IMG/VR virus record: IMGVR_UViG_3300009873_000015
Location: 4,847-68,846 of that record
DNA: 64,000 bases
Strand: one strand, 5' to 3'
Source of the DNA: a virus
Both the position numbers and the translations under genes were made by a program. Under the pieces are notes generated by a model. That model saw nothing but the letters and a program-made list of their open reading frames with translations. It ran no database searches and was not told the origin of the DNA. Shown piece by piece: positions 46,467 through 55,616 of the stretch (position 1 is the first letter of the stretch; each line of letters opens with the position of its first letter).

Positions 46467-46498
46467 AAAGATAATACGTAAGTGTATATCCTCCAAAT
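46467..46498 (-). promoter_or_regulatory. Bacteroidetes-type promoter (TTTG, 20-nt spacer, TATCTTTG)
   Basis: Minus strand reads AAATATTTGGaggatatacacttacgtatTATCTTTG. Confidence 0.45.
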
Positions 46499-46503
46499 AT
46501 TTA

Positions 46504-47139
46504 TCAATCTATTTTATCAACCGTGCCATAATTTGGTACCGACCTCACATGATAAGTAGTTAGAGTAGATTCTGACTTGATTCCTTTACCGTTCTCCATT
46601 ATAAATTGTATAAAGTCCCAGTCATGTCCATACTTATCCTGATGTGGAGGGGCCTTTCTGGCAAGTTCTGTTTTAACAATTATTTCACTATGTCCTATAG
46701 CAGAAGGAGCTAATTTTGAAATTCTGGCTCCTTTCAGAGGACTTATATAAGAATTGAAGTACATATAATCCCAATCAGTATTCTCAATCTCAAGATAGTG
46801 GGAGAAATGTATGGGTTCAATAAGGTCGTCATTTGCAAAGAAAATTAAATATTTACCACGGGCATTCTGAATAGCAAAGTTAGTTTGCTTGTATCCGCAA
46901 CCTCCAGTATGCTTTTCAGCATTGAAAGCAACTATCTTATTACCCTTGAGTTTAGCCTCAATCTGTTTAGACTCTATCCACCCTGAATCTATAAGCTTCT
47001 GAAAATCAGGACACTTATCTCCAATTAAGATAGCTTCCCAGCCATTTGTGTCCTGAGCCAGAATAGCCTCAATGGCTCTCTTCGTCCGTTCCGGACGTCT
47101 CCAAATTGGCATTGAAACTGTTAATCTGTAGTTGCTCAT
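46504..47139 (-). CDS. Glycosyltransferase family 2-like protein (211 aa)
   Basis: N-terminal SMPIWRRPERTKRAIEAILAQ...ILIGDKCPD and a later NDD (DxD) motif. This is the GT-A fold pattern. Confidence 0.5.
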   Translation of the reverse strand: MSNYRLTVSMPIWRRPERTKRAIEAILAQDTNGWEAILIGDKCPDFQKLIDSGWIESKQIEAKLKGNKIVAFNAEKHTGGCGYKQTNFAIQNARGKYLIFFANDDLIEPIHFSHYLEIENTDWDYMYFNSYISPLKGARISKLAPSAIGHSEIIVKTELARKAPPHQDKYGHDWDFIQFIMENGKGIKSESTLTTYHVRSVPNYGTVDKID

Positions 47140-47666
47140 TTAGGTTGGTTTGGACCAATGTCCTTAGCAGGGACACCAGCATATTTCCTGTAGGGTTCCA
47201 TTTCCAGCTTCTTAGTTACGGCTGCATTCATACCAATCATACAACCCTCAGGGACCTCAACCCACTGATGGATACAGGAGTTCAGACCCAAGTTGCACTT
47301 AGGATTAATTATAGCATGTCCACCAACCTTAGCTCCACAAGAAACAGTTACCCCATCTCCTATTACCGAGTCGTGCCCAGCATGGGAATGTTTTAAAAAC
47401 CAGCAGTTATTACCAATACTTGTTAGGTGCTCAGTACCTGCATCTATGGTTACATGGCCAGTAAATACGTTATTATCACCAATCTCTACCTGACCTGTTG
47501 GCTTATCCCAATAAGCTTTGTGCTCTGCAGGAAATCCTATAATACAAAAGGGTCCTATGTAGTTATTGTTGCCCATTTTAACATTTGGGCCTATTACTGC
47601 TGTTGGGTGAATGATATTTCCATTTCCCCAGTCATCAAGATATTCTTTCATGTTTGTATATTCCAT
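47136..47666 (-). CDS. Hexapeptide-repeat (left-handed beta-helix) acyltransferase-like protein
   Basis: Repeated [LIV]G-x-x-x-x hexads: IGPNVKMGNNNYIGPFCIIG...IGDNNVFTGHVTIDAG...IGNNCWF...VIGDGVTV. Confidence 0.55.
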   Translation of the reverse strand: MEYTNMKEYLDDWGNGNIIHPTAVIGPNVKMGNNNYIGPFCIIGFPAEHKAYWDKPTGQVEIGDNNVFTGHVTIDAGTEHLTSIGNNCWFLKHSHAGHDSVIGDGVTVSCGAKVGGHAIINPKCNLGLNSCIHQWVEVPEGCMIGMNAAVTKKLEMEPYRKYAGVPAKDIGPNQPK

Positions 47667-47851
47667 CCTTTGCCATCCATCGGATTACCATACATTATTA
47701 TGTTGTCCGACCAGAAATGCTTAATAATTCCTCCGTCCAACCGGACAACCCATACAGTATTAGTATGGTGTCCGTAGTCTATCAGAAAGATAGCATCTCC
47801 ATCCCCAAGAGGGGTCTTTACAGCAATATAAGGGTTTAGTTGTAGAATCAT
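47648..47851 (-). CDS. Small hypothetical protein (67 aa)
   Basis: ORF. Confidence 0.3.
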   Translation of the reverse strand: MILQLNPYIAVKTPLGDGDAIFLIDYGHHTNTVWVVRLDGGIIKHFWSDNIIMYGNPMDGKGWNIQT

Positions 47852-48351
47852 TTTTCCTCCTTTGTTCCCTTACGAAATACTAATGAGTATCTCATTTCAG
47901 GAACAGGATATATAGCATGTTTGTCCTCCCAACGGTCTTTCTCTGTCATCTGCAGGAGTGACCGTGCAGGTAGAAGGTAACGAACTTCTTGGCCCTGAAC
48001 GTTCTTTACTCCCATAGTAGCTTCCCCTTTAAGGGACAGGATAGTTATTACAGGTCCAGAAGTTTTGGAATCAATATGCCAATCAATACTCTGTCCTTTC
48101 AGATACTCATTTATAGTAAGGTGGTCCGGACGCTCAGTTAGTAATCCTTTCTGCATAATTCTGTCAATCACAAAAGTTATCCAGTCAGGTAACTGTTTGG
48201 ACTTCATCAGTGCTACATAGGGAAGTTGTGAACCATAACGAATAATCCTGTTACGTGTTTGGACATTCAGCTTGGGTCCGGGTTTAATGTTTTTCAATAT
48301 CTCCTGCTCCTCTGTAGGTGATATGAAGTCTTTGATTATTGTTATCATCAC
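47848..48351 (-). CDS. 2OG-Fe(II) oxygenase, AlkB-like (167 aa)
   Basis: IDWHIDSK is an HxD motif. A downstream His (DKHAIYPV) and Arg (RYSLVFR) are spaced as in the AlkB family. Confidence 0.45.
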   Translation of the reverse strand: MMITIIKDFISPTEEQEILKNIKPGPKLNVQTRNRIIRYGSQLPYVALMKSKQLPDWITFVIDRIMQKGLLTERPDHLTINEYLKGQSIDWHIDSKTSGPVITILSLKGEATMGVKNVQGQEVRYLLPARSLLQMTEKDRWEDKHAIYPVPEMRYSLVFRKGTKEEK

Positions 48352-48598
48352 CTATTGAGATTGTCCACGGATAGTTTGGATTCCAAGGATTTGGGTCAGG
48401 ATTCGGGTAGGGTGTAATAATTGGGTTTGGATTATGTGGAGGCATTGGAACATACTTTACATCTGGCTCATCAAGCAGTAATGTCCACATTTCATTGAAT
48501 GTGATATGTCCTGCCTCAAAAAGCCTCTGTATAATCTCCTTCTTGCTTGGCTCCATTGAGTAATCAAAAGATACTCCTGTAGTAGTTAAATCGTTCAT
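48284..48598 (-). CDS. Pro-rich hypothetical protein (104 aa)
   Basis: ORF. Confidence 0.35.
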   Translation of the reverse strand: MNDLTTTGVSFDYSMEPSKKEIIQRLFEAGHITFNEMWTLLLDEPDVKYVPMPPHNPNPIITPYPNPDPNPWNPNYPWTISIGDDNNNQRLHITYRGAGDIEKH

Positions 48599-49365
48599 TA
48601 TCTGGATATTAAAATACCTGCACCTATACCAACTGTCACAGGTAGGATAACTCTCTGAAAGAAAGATTTCCTCTCGGGCTTGTAGTAAACTGAGTTTGCA
48701 GATATGTCCTTAACAAAAGGGTTAGAATGAAAATATTGTACCTGAACCTTGGAACGTTTGAATAAACCACCTTTCTCCTCCACAAAACGTAGTTGAAGTG
48801 TGTCAGGTATGGTAAGTTTGTCAATTGTCAGACCAGATTTCTTTACTGTTGTGTAAATCTCAAAATGAGGAGTCTCAAGACCTACCTGAGCAGGTACCTT
48901 AATACTGGAATCTCTCACATAAGAGGCAATCTCAGGACACTTAGCCAAAACTGAATCTTCAAACTTATGCATTGCCGTAGTATCCAAATAAGGTATATCT
49001 ACCTGAACTACAGATATTTGTGTTATTCCTTTGTAGTAGGCTATTGTCTTTAGATTTTTGGCATCCTTCTCCTTCAGGTCAAAGATGGTATCAGTTAAGT
49101 TATTCAGGGCTGTAGTATTATCCACTATAATAGCCTCCTGCTGCTGAATCACCTGACCCTGCTCATTCACTTTCTGGGTTAAGGTTTGCTTGTCCAACTG
49201 CAACTGGGTAATCTGCTGCTTTCCTTGTTCTATCTTCTGGTTCAAATTGCATGTCTGCATCCAAAACAACAGAGCGAGGAATCCTGTTATTACCCACCCT
49301 AAGTGCTTTCTGAAGAAACTCTTCAAAGAGGACTCTTGTACTATTTCACTCATCTTGTAAATCAA
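48598..49365 (-). CDS. Membrane-anchored coiled-coil protein (255 aa)
   Basis: N-terminal TM WVITGFLALLFWM, a Q-rich coiled coil, and a C-terminal TM. Confidence 0.4.
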   Translation of the reverse strand: MIYKMSEIVQESSLKSFFRKHLGWVITGFLALLFWMQTCNLNQKIEQGKQQITQLQLDKQTLTQKVNEQGQVIQQQEAIIVDNTTALNNLTDTIFDLKEKDAKNLKTIAYYKGITQISVVQVDIPYLDTTAMHKFEDSVLAKCPEIASYVRDSSIKVPAQVGLETPHFEIYTTVKKSGLTIDKLTIPDTLQLRFVEEKGGLFKRSKVQVQYFHSNPFVKDISANSVYYKPERKSFFQRVILPVTVGIGAGILISR

Positions 49366-49588
49366 ATTTAGACTTTACCAATTTGGAAGAACCAGAAGTT
49401 TCTACCAGATAATCTCCCGCCTGTAAAGCAAGGTCATAATATCCATTAGTAGTAAATACCTTCAAATCCCTCCCATTTTCTTCCATAGAGGTTATCACCT
49501 CATCAGAGGCACCACCATAGAAATCCCCAATCTCAAGAGTAGTTCCACCCTTGGATATATACTTTTTAATTGCTATCATATTCAACAT
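49346..49588 (-). CDS. Hypothetical protein (80 aa)
   Basis: ORF. Confidence 0.35.
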   Translation of the reverse strand: MLNMIAIKKYISKGGTTLEIGDFYGGASDEVITSMEENGRDLKVFTTNGYYDLALQAGDYLVETSGSSKLVKSKFDLQDE

Positions 49589-49685
49589 TTTACGTAATTG
49601 TTCCTCATTCTCCAGTCCTTATTTAACAACCGGATATAAGCACAGTACTCAGTCACAAACCAAACATTCCCCATTATGGTCAAAT

Positions 49686-50054
49686 TTACAGGGCACCATA
49701 TTTAGGAGGCGTTCGTTTTGACTTAGGTTTATCCTTTGGGTAAGAGTCCCTGACAAAAACCAGAGACTTACCCTCATATACCTGAATCTCCAATAAGTTT
49801 CTAACAGCAAGGGAATGAATATTATCCCCCCTCGTCAGGTATGGCATATCCTCTATGTGATAACATCTCCACCCCTGCTCCATTAATTCGTTTGCTAAGT
49901 GCTTGAAAGTCATAAGTATTGTACAGCTAAGATAGCACCTCAGATAGGAGAAACCAAATTTTCCTTCATTTCTTAACAACTCTTTAACATATAGGGCTCC
50001 TTTCTTACAATCAGACCACTTATGACTGCCAATAAGTAGACTATTCCCAGCCAA
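49686..50054 (-). CDS. Hypothetical protein (122 aa), last minus-strand gene before the strand switch
   Basis: ORF. Confidence 0.4.
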   Translation of the reverse strand: MAGNSLLIGSHKWSDCKKGALYVKELLRNEGKFGFSYLRCYLSCTILMTFKHLANELMEQGWRCYHIEDMPYLTRGDNIHSLAVRNLLEIQVYEGKSLVFVRDSYPKDKPKSKRTPPKYGAL

Positions 50055-50057
50055 AAG

Positions 50058-50112
50058 TATCCCCGGTCTTTGAGTACCCTATTTTTTTATTGTATCCCCG
50101 GTCTTGGAGTAC
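50058..50112. repeat. Two 21-nt direct repeats (GTATCCCCGGTCTT[T/G]GAGTAC) in the divergent intergenic region
   Basis: Copies at about 50058-50078 and 50092-50112 with one mismatch and a 13-nt spacer. Confidence 0.6.
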
Positions 50113-50244
50113 AGACCTTGTAAACCTACCCCCTGCTGGATTGTGAATTCCTCCTACCCCCGGTCGAGCTGGAGCTGGAAAGCAAAAATTCTCGTCCGGG
50201 AAATTCGAGGAAATTTTCTAACCAAAACAAGTAAACTCACTACC

Positions 50245-50460
50245 ATGAGTACACAACACAATGAACCTCAAGTGTTCAGCAAATCTTTTAGGAGATTTAT
50301 CATTATCTTGATGACAGTGCTTGCCGGGGTCAATCTTTATCTTATGCTGGATTTATTCTGGTATAAGGGCTTTGAGTTCAAGCATTGGTTCTTCACTTTG
50401 TTTCCATTTGCGGTAGCTGCCTTAGGCTGGTCATTATGGCCACGGTATAAGGCCAGCTAA
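50245..50460 (+). CDS. Small membrane protein (start MSTQHNEP)
   Basis: Two hydrophobic helices: FIIILMTVLAGVNLYLML and WFFTLFPFAVAALGWSLW. Confidence 0.4.
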   Translation: MSTQHNEPQVFSKSFRRFIIILMTVLAGVNLYLMLDLFWYKGFEFKHWFFTLFPFAVAALGWSLWPRYKAS

Positions 50461-50604
50461 CTGATTGACTTGCAAACAGTTAGTTTGTGAGTCAGTTGTT
50501 TGACCTATGAGACCTTGTTAATCTACCAAATTTCAGTTTGAATCTACCACAAAGGGCTTCACTAAACAACGGAGTAGAATCCGGAAGCCTAATTCTCATT
50601 TACC

Positions 50605-51021
50605 ATGAAACTTACAGAAGCTTTCAAAATCGAGACAGCCGCTAACATCGTGTTGGTTGGCAAACCCGAAGTAACTAACTTCGAAACCTCTGATGGCGAG
50701 CCATATTATGTGGCCAAACTCAAGGAGCCAGTTATGGTTCGTTGCAGTGTTGACAAGGGTATTGATGCCTTTGAAACCGAAGAGGTTTACATCAGAGAGT
50801 CTGCCCTTGAGGGTGATTGGACTTTCGTGGATGAGAAGAAACCTGAGGAAGGCTATTACATGAAGGACTGGAAAGTGGATTTCAGTAAGGGGCAGGAGCT
50901 GGTACTGTATCAGGAAACGACCATTGCAAAGTGGACTAAGACTGACAGGGCCAATCGTGCTGATGTAAGAAGGACTGGAATCAATGCCAGACTTCAGGAA
51001 AGGCTGAAGAACAAGAAGTAG
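50605..51021 (+). CDS. Hypothetical protein (138 aa), followed by a terminator
   Basis: ORF plus hairpin and T-run at 51026-51070. Confidence 0.45.
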   Translation: MKLTEAFKIETAANIVLVGKPEVTNFETSDGEPYYVAKLKEPVMVRCSVDKGIDAFETEEVYIRESALEGDWTFVDEKKPEEGYYMKDWKVDFSKGQELVLYQETTIAKWTKTDRANRADVRRTGINARLQERLKNKK

Positions 51022-51025
51022 TCTA

Positions 51026-51070
51026 AAGGCTGTGGCTGGTAGAAATACCAGTTGCAGCCTTTTATTTTTT
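51026..51070 (+). terminator. Intrinsic terminator
   Basis: Hairpin AAGGCTG...CAGCCTT followed by TTTATTTTTTT. Confidence 0.55.
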
Positions 51071-51187
51071 TACAGCGTAAGGAGACCTTGGAAATCAACC
51101 AAATTATGTTTGTGTATGTATGTAACCTATTCCATCGGATAGCACGAAGTATACAGTCCATTTATTAACGTTAAAAAACTGATTATC

Positions 51188-51673
51188 ATGAAGTTGAAAA
51201 ACTTTTTGGCAGACAAAAGCCAGACTGAACTCGAGGTTGCAAGGACCGAGATGGAGGTGACAGAGTCAAACGGAGAGAAAATTGCCGTTCTGCACCTCAA
51301 GAAGCCCATTCCCATTGTTCAGGGTTCTATGACTGTGAATGATGATGCCACTGGCACATCTGAACGGTTGGAAGCCTATGATGTTGAAATCGTCCGGATG
51401 CACGAAAGAGATTTCGATGTTGAGGGTGTAGAAATCAACGAGGATGGTACCGGCACAGTGAAAACGAACTTGCGCCTTGATGTATCGAATCGAGGAGATG
51501 TTTGGTTGACAAGCAAATCCTTCAATGCCTTCAGGAGAGAAAGGGCTCAGGACAGACGGAATGAAAGACGTTCTGGCATCGTAACTAGAATGCAGGAGCG
51601 GAAAGCCGTTAAGAATCTGGCCGGTGCTGACCTGACAGGCAAGGCGGAAACAGTAGCAGAAAAGGCTTTATAA
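51188..51673 (+). CDS. Hypothetical protein (161 aa); distantly similar in layout to 50605-51021
   Basis: Both carry E/D-rich cores and a C-terminal RR...RxGIxxRxQERxxxK region (RRTGINARLQERLKNKK versus RRSGIVTRMQERKAVK). Confidence 0.45.
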   Translation: MKLKNFLADKSQTELEVARTEMEVTESNGEKIAVLHLKKPIPIVQGSMTVNDDATGTSERLEAYDVEIVRMHERDFDVEGVEINEDGTGTVKTNLRLDVSNRGDVWLTSKSFNAFRRERAQDRRNERRSGIVTRMQERKAVKNLAGADLTGKAETVAEKAL

Positions 51674-51776
51674 CACAGGGATGGGTTAGTAAGTCTGAAA
51701 ATACCGTTTCATGGTAGATTCGGTGAGTGAGTGGTAACTCACAAAGGGACAGTTTAGTGTACTTTTATGCAACTGA

Positions 51777-52418
51777 ATGGTTGCAGATAGGGTGCATTTA
51801 AACTGTTCCCTTTTTTGTCTAAGTGCTGAAAATCACTGTTTTATAAAAATAGGGTTGGTGCACTATATGACTAATCAGGCACTAAGCGTTCAATCCGTAA
51901 ATCCTAATAGGTCCTTACCAAAGCAGGGAGCTGCTTATAAATACAGGATGAAATCCATTTTGGGTAGAGTCCACTTGGTGAGAAGGGTTAGGGGAAAGTT
52001 CGGTCACTTCGTAAGTGCTTGGTTATCTTTAATCCACATTTTGGGCTTAGTGCCTGTAATCTTCAATTATTTTCGTATGCAAAAGAGTTCAAATTCTGGT
52101 TACAACCTTGAAGGTGTGACCGTAGCCAAGGTGAATGGGGAGGATATTCCTGTTCTGGTTTCTAATCTTAATGAAGGTCAGCGTAGTGTTATTGTATCTG
52201 AGAAGGTTTTTGGCTACCTTCTGGACCTGCTTCCTAAAGCTAAGCTGAGGGATATTAAGGAGCAGTTTATTGCTTCTGTATCTGGGGCTAAGGATATGCC
52301 TGAGTATCTGGAAGTCATCAAAGAGGAGTTGGAGTTCCATGCCAATGTTAATACTGCCAGACAGTATTATAACATGGAGGCATTGGAGATTTCTGATGAA
52401 CCTCAGGTTGTTAGTTAA
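51777..52418 (+). CDS. Hypothetical protein (at most 213 aa; true start probably internal)
   Basis: ORF. Terminator at 52581-52622. Confidence 0.4.
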   Translation: MVADRVHLNCSLFCLSAENHCFIKIGLVHYMTNQALSVQSVNPNRSLPKQGAAYKYRMKSILGRVHLVRRVRGKFGHFVSAWLSLIHILGLVPVIFNYFRMQKSSNSGYNLEGVTVAKVNGEDIPVLVSNLNEGQRSVIVSEKVFGYLLDLLPKAKLRDIKEQFIASVSGAKDMPEYLEVIKEELEFHANVNTARQYYNMEALEISDEPQVVS

Positions 52419-52580
52419 ATTGTTTTTTCAGGTATGGAGAATACTATTTTTATCCTGTTATTATCTCAGGAAGACCTTTTTGGCGTTTGGGAAAGTACTC
52501 ATACTGCATGGTATATTATGAATACATGCTATTATGAAAATGACCCAATCTGGACTATCTGTTTTAACTAACCTGAGCGT

Positions 52581-52622
52581 GGACTACCTTTGTACCTATG
52601 GTGCAAGGGTAGTCTTTTTTAT
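52581..52622 (+). terminator. Intrinsic terminator
   Basis: Hairpin GGACTACC...GGGTAGTC followed by TTTTTTAT. Confidence 0.55.
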
Positions 52623-52749
52623 ATTAAATTTATTATGAAACAGTCAGAAGATTCGTCACCTATAACGCTAATATCCATAGTGTATTTTATTGTACTATTG
52701 GGTTTTGTACTGGTCAGATGCTCTTAATTGAGGAGCATAGATTAAGGAA

Positions 52750-52775
52750 GGGGTCACTTATGTGGCCCTTTTTTG
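52750..52775 (+). terminator. Terminator-like hairpin plus T-run directly upstream of the 52773 gene
   Basis: Hairpin GGGGTCAC-ttat-GTGGCCC followed by TTTTTT. Confidence 0.4.
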
Positions 52776-53216
52776 TCTAAACTCTTGGTTATGAATATAT
52801 TACCTAAAGAATTTGTGGATATAAGGGCATTTTTGAAGGAGATACCCTATATAAACAGAGGTGGATGTGCAATAGCAGCATTAGCTATGTATCGTGTAGG
52901 TATTAAATTAGGCATGAATATACAGATTGTTTATTTCTATGACCATGATGATGACCAAGAATATAAGCAGAATGGTATAGCTGCTGAATTGGAGACTGGT
53001 AAGGTTACATATTGTACACATGCTGGTGTGGTAGTGGATAATCACTATATGGATACTGGTGGAGGGTTATTAAATCACAGGTATCCATATTATCACATTC
53101 TATCTGAATCACTGGTTATCAGGACATTAAAGGAGGCTGGGTGGAATTCAGACTTTAATAGGCAGAGGTGGTTACCTATCATTGAGGAAACAATTGGAGA
53201 GAAACTTCTAAATTAA
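52773..53216 (+). CDS. Cys/His protein, papain-fold peptidase-like (C39 or CHAP-like), 147 aa
   Basis: NRGGCAIAALAMY (candidate nucleophile Cys) and CTHAGVVVDNHY (candidate His). Confidence 0.35.
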   Translation: MSKLLVMNILPKEFVDIRAFLKEIPYINRGGCAIAALAMYRVGIKLGMNIQIVYFYDHDDDQEYKQNGIAAELETGKVTYCTHAGVVVDNHYMDTGGGLLNHRYPYYHILSESLVIRTLKEAGWNSDFNRQRWLPIIEETIGEKLLN

Positions 53217-53221
53217 TATAT

Positions 53222-53572
53222 ATGCGAATACTACAATTTGTACTCGTAGCACTTCTCATAGCCTCTCTTTCCTACTGGTTTGGAGAGGTTGTGGGTAGAA
53301 TGCAAGCAAAGGGAAAAGCTCACGAGGAGGTAGTTAAACCTATTCGTACTTATGTAGAGTCTACTATGCATAAGTGCATTGACCCTCAGCATTATAGATG
53401 TGATGGTGAATGTTTATGTGATGGTATGGATTGCAGAGTACTAAAAAGAGACTATCAATTGGAGTTATATCATAATACTGTTTGGACATTTGATGGAAGC
53501 AAACTTGTGGGTAGGTATATTACCAATTGGTATAATCAAATAAATTCCATACTACTAAAAGATAACCAATGA
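53222..53572 (+). CDS. Membrane-anchored Cys-rich protein (116 aa)
   Basis: N-terminal TM LQFVLVALLIASLSYWF. Cys cluster HYRCDGECLCDGMDC. Confidence 0.4.
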   Translation: MRILQFVLVALLIASLSYWFGEVVGRMQAKGKAHEEVVKPIRTYVESTMHKCIDPQHYRCDGECLCDGMDCRVLKRDYQLELYHNTVWTFDGSKLVGRYITNWYNQINSILLKDNQ

Positions 53573-53781
53573 GTAAGCCCAAGTACACTCCCAACAGTGA
53601 GGAAGAACTATGGAAATGGTTCAATACTCATCAGGATGATACCTTTCAGTCCATAGCGGAAAAGTTTGGCATATCTGAAGAACAAGCCAGATATTTGTCA
53701 TTACGCTGGGCTGCAGGACAGAAAGAGTCATTCAGGAAGGAATTTTGGTCCCTGTTTGAAGGGTCACCAACCAATTTTTAG
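53569..53781 (+). CDS. Small hypothetical protein (70 aa)
   Basis: ORF. Confidence 0.35.
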   Translation: MSKPKYTPNSEEELWKWFNTHQDDTFQSIAEKFGISEEQARYLSLRWAAGQKESFRKEFWSLFEGSPTNF

Positions 53782-54082
53782 CCCATGAGGCATTCCCACG
53801 AGAGAAATTAGGTACGGTTATGACGAGGAGCATATGCTTACGGCAAAACTCGACCTGATAGGGCACATCAGCAATGGTGTGTCCTTTTTTAACTAAAATT
53901 CTTATTTATGCACAAGGTGAAAATAATTCAGGCTTCTACAACAGTCGAGCTTGAGAGACTTACTAATGAGTTCCTTAAAGAACTATTTGATAATGAATGT
54001 GATGTAATACATGTTTTCTTTACTCACTCAAGAAATTCTGATTCCTTGTATACTTCGTATATAAGATATAAAATCTTTTAAC

Positions 54083-54424
54083 ATGAAATTGTTCTTAATA
54101 GGGATATGCACCCTTATATGCATAACTTCTGGTGCACAGGTAGTAACAAGTAAGGTTACAGGTCCACCCACTGAGAAAACTCTTATTGCTGATGAAACAT
54201 GGATTGTAGCCTCTGGAAAGAGTGCATTCCGTGTTATTACCAGCAATGACAATATTGCATATAAGATTCGGTCAACTTTTGAGCAGAGTGGAGACATTAC
54301 ACGCTTCACATATGTTCAGAAGAGTGACCGCAAGGGCAAGTACTGGGAGCGGTCATTCTACTTTAAGAATAAGAAGTGGAACGATATTGTACTGTTTATC
54401 AACAAGTTAAACAAACCTAAATGA
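54083..54424 (+). CDS. Secreted small protein (signal peptide MKLFLIGICTLICITSGAQV)
   Basis: N-terminal hydrophobic signal. Confidence 0.4.
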   Translation: MKLFLIGICTLICITSGAQVVTSKVTGPPTEKTLIADETWIVASGKSAFRVITSNDNIAYKIRSTFEQSGDITRFTYVQKSDRKGKYWERSFYFKNKKWNDIVLFINKLNKPK

Positions 54425-54610
54425 CTTTCTTTTTAGTACCAATGATATTTCTCATGGTAGATATACTTGGTTATATATACATGAGAATGAATGGAATACC
54501 AGTCTCTTTAAAGGGATTAATTCCATTCTATTAGCTTTGGTGACTCATAAAGCAGATAAGATAGGCATGAAAATGCCTTTTTTATCTAAACACCACTTAA
54601 ATAAAGAAAT

Positions 54611-55192
54611 ATGGACAATAAACAAATGCACATGGCTGCACAAGCCATGCTCGACGCCAATCAGGATATTGATGTGATATATGGGGTATCTGATGGTCAG
54701 ATGTTCTTTTCACCTGAAGAAGCTGCAGAGGCTGCTAAGAAAATGGCAGATGCTGTCATAACACCTTTCTACAGGGATGATGCTGTACGTAAGATGGCCC
54801 AACAGTATAGGTCACTTCAACAGGTAGTATTTGCTACTGATTACCTGAAACTCAGGAGATTGGGGAGCAAACCCTTTGTATATGCAGAATACAATACATA
54901 TGCAGAGAAGATGAACATGGAGGCCATACCTGAAAATCTGTTCAACTTCATAGCCTCAAAGGTATATGCATCCAGACGACCGGTGGCAGCAGGACAGAAA
55001 GACAAAATATTCATGTGGAATCATGGAATTGTGGAGGCTGTATTCATGCGTCGTTATCCACAGGGTGTAATATGGCAAGTGGGTGACAATCTGGTATTTA
55101 CATGTCCTACTCATACCGAGCTTATGAGTGGAACATATCAACAGATATTTGCACCTATGCTGGGTGAACCTGTCAAAAGAAGGAAAGTCTGA
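54611..55192 (+). CDS. Hypothetical protein (193 aa)
   Basis: ORF. Terminator at 55209-55236. Confidence 0.45.
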   Translation: MDNKQMHMAAQAMLDANQDIDVIYGVSDGQMFFSPEEAAEAAKKMADAVITPFYRDDAVRKMAQQYRSLQQVVFATDYLKLRRLGSKPFVYAEYNTYAEKMNMEAIPENLFNFIASKVYASRRPVAAGQKDKIFMWNHGIVEAVFMRRYPQGVIWQVGDNLVFTCPTHTELMSGTYQQIFAPMLGEPVKRRKV

Positions 55193-55208
55193 CATATTGG
55201 CAAAGATA

Positions 55209-55236
55209 GGGACTTCTGTAATGGAAGTCCTTTTTT
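55209..55236 (+). terminator. Intrinsic terminator
   Basis: Hairpin GGGACTTC...GGAAGTCC followed by TTTTTTG. Confidence 0.55.
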
Positions 55237-55271
55237 GTTATCAATTTTTTAATCCATCTAAACAGTTAAAG

Positions 55272-55565
55272 ATGAAAAAAAATCCTTTTGTGGTACCCAA
55301 TCCCACCGCTGAAACTCTTACTGAAGCACTCGGTCTAACTGATGACCAACGTGTGAATGTACAAAAGACAACAGCCAAAATCTGCAAAGAAGAGAAGGAG
55401 AACGGTGGAACACATTCCGGCACCATCGCCCGTGTGTGGAATGAATTTGAAACTGAAGCAGAATGCATGTATGCTCTCTACATTCTGGAGCATACTGAAG
55501 AACATGTGGCTATTCAGAGCCTCTTCAGTCTGCCGGAAGTGGTGGGCAAAGAAGAAGAAGTCTAA
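55272..55565 (+). CDS. Hypothetical acidic protein (97 aa, start MKKNPF)
   Basis: Internal ATG of track ORF 55128-55565, placed just after the terminator. Confidence 0.4.
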   Translation: MKKNPFVVPNPTAETLTEALGLTDDQRVNVQKTTAKICKEEKENGGTHSGTIARVWNEFETEAECMYALYILEHTEEHVAIQSLFSLPEVVGKEEEV

Positions 55566-55616
55566 AATAGAGCGGTTACAATCACACATACCCTATCTAA
55601 TTCAGGTAGGGTATAC

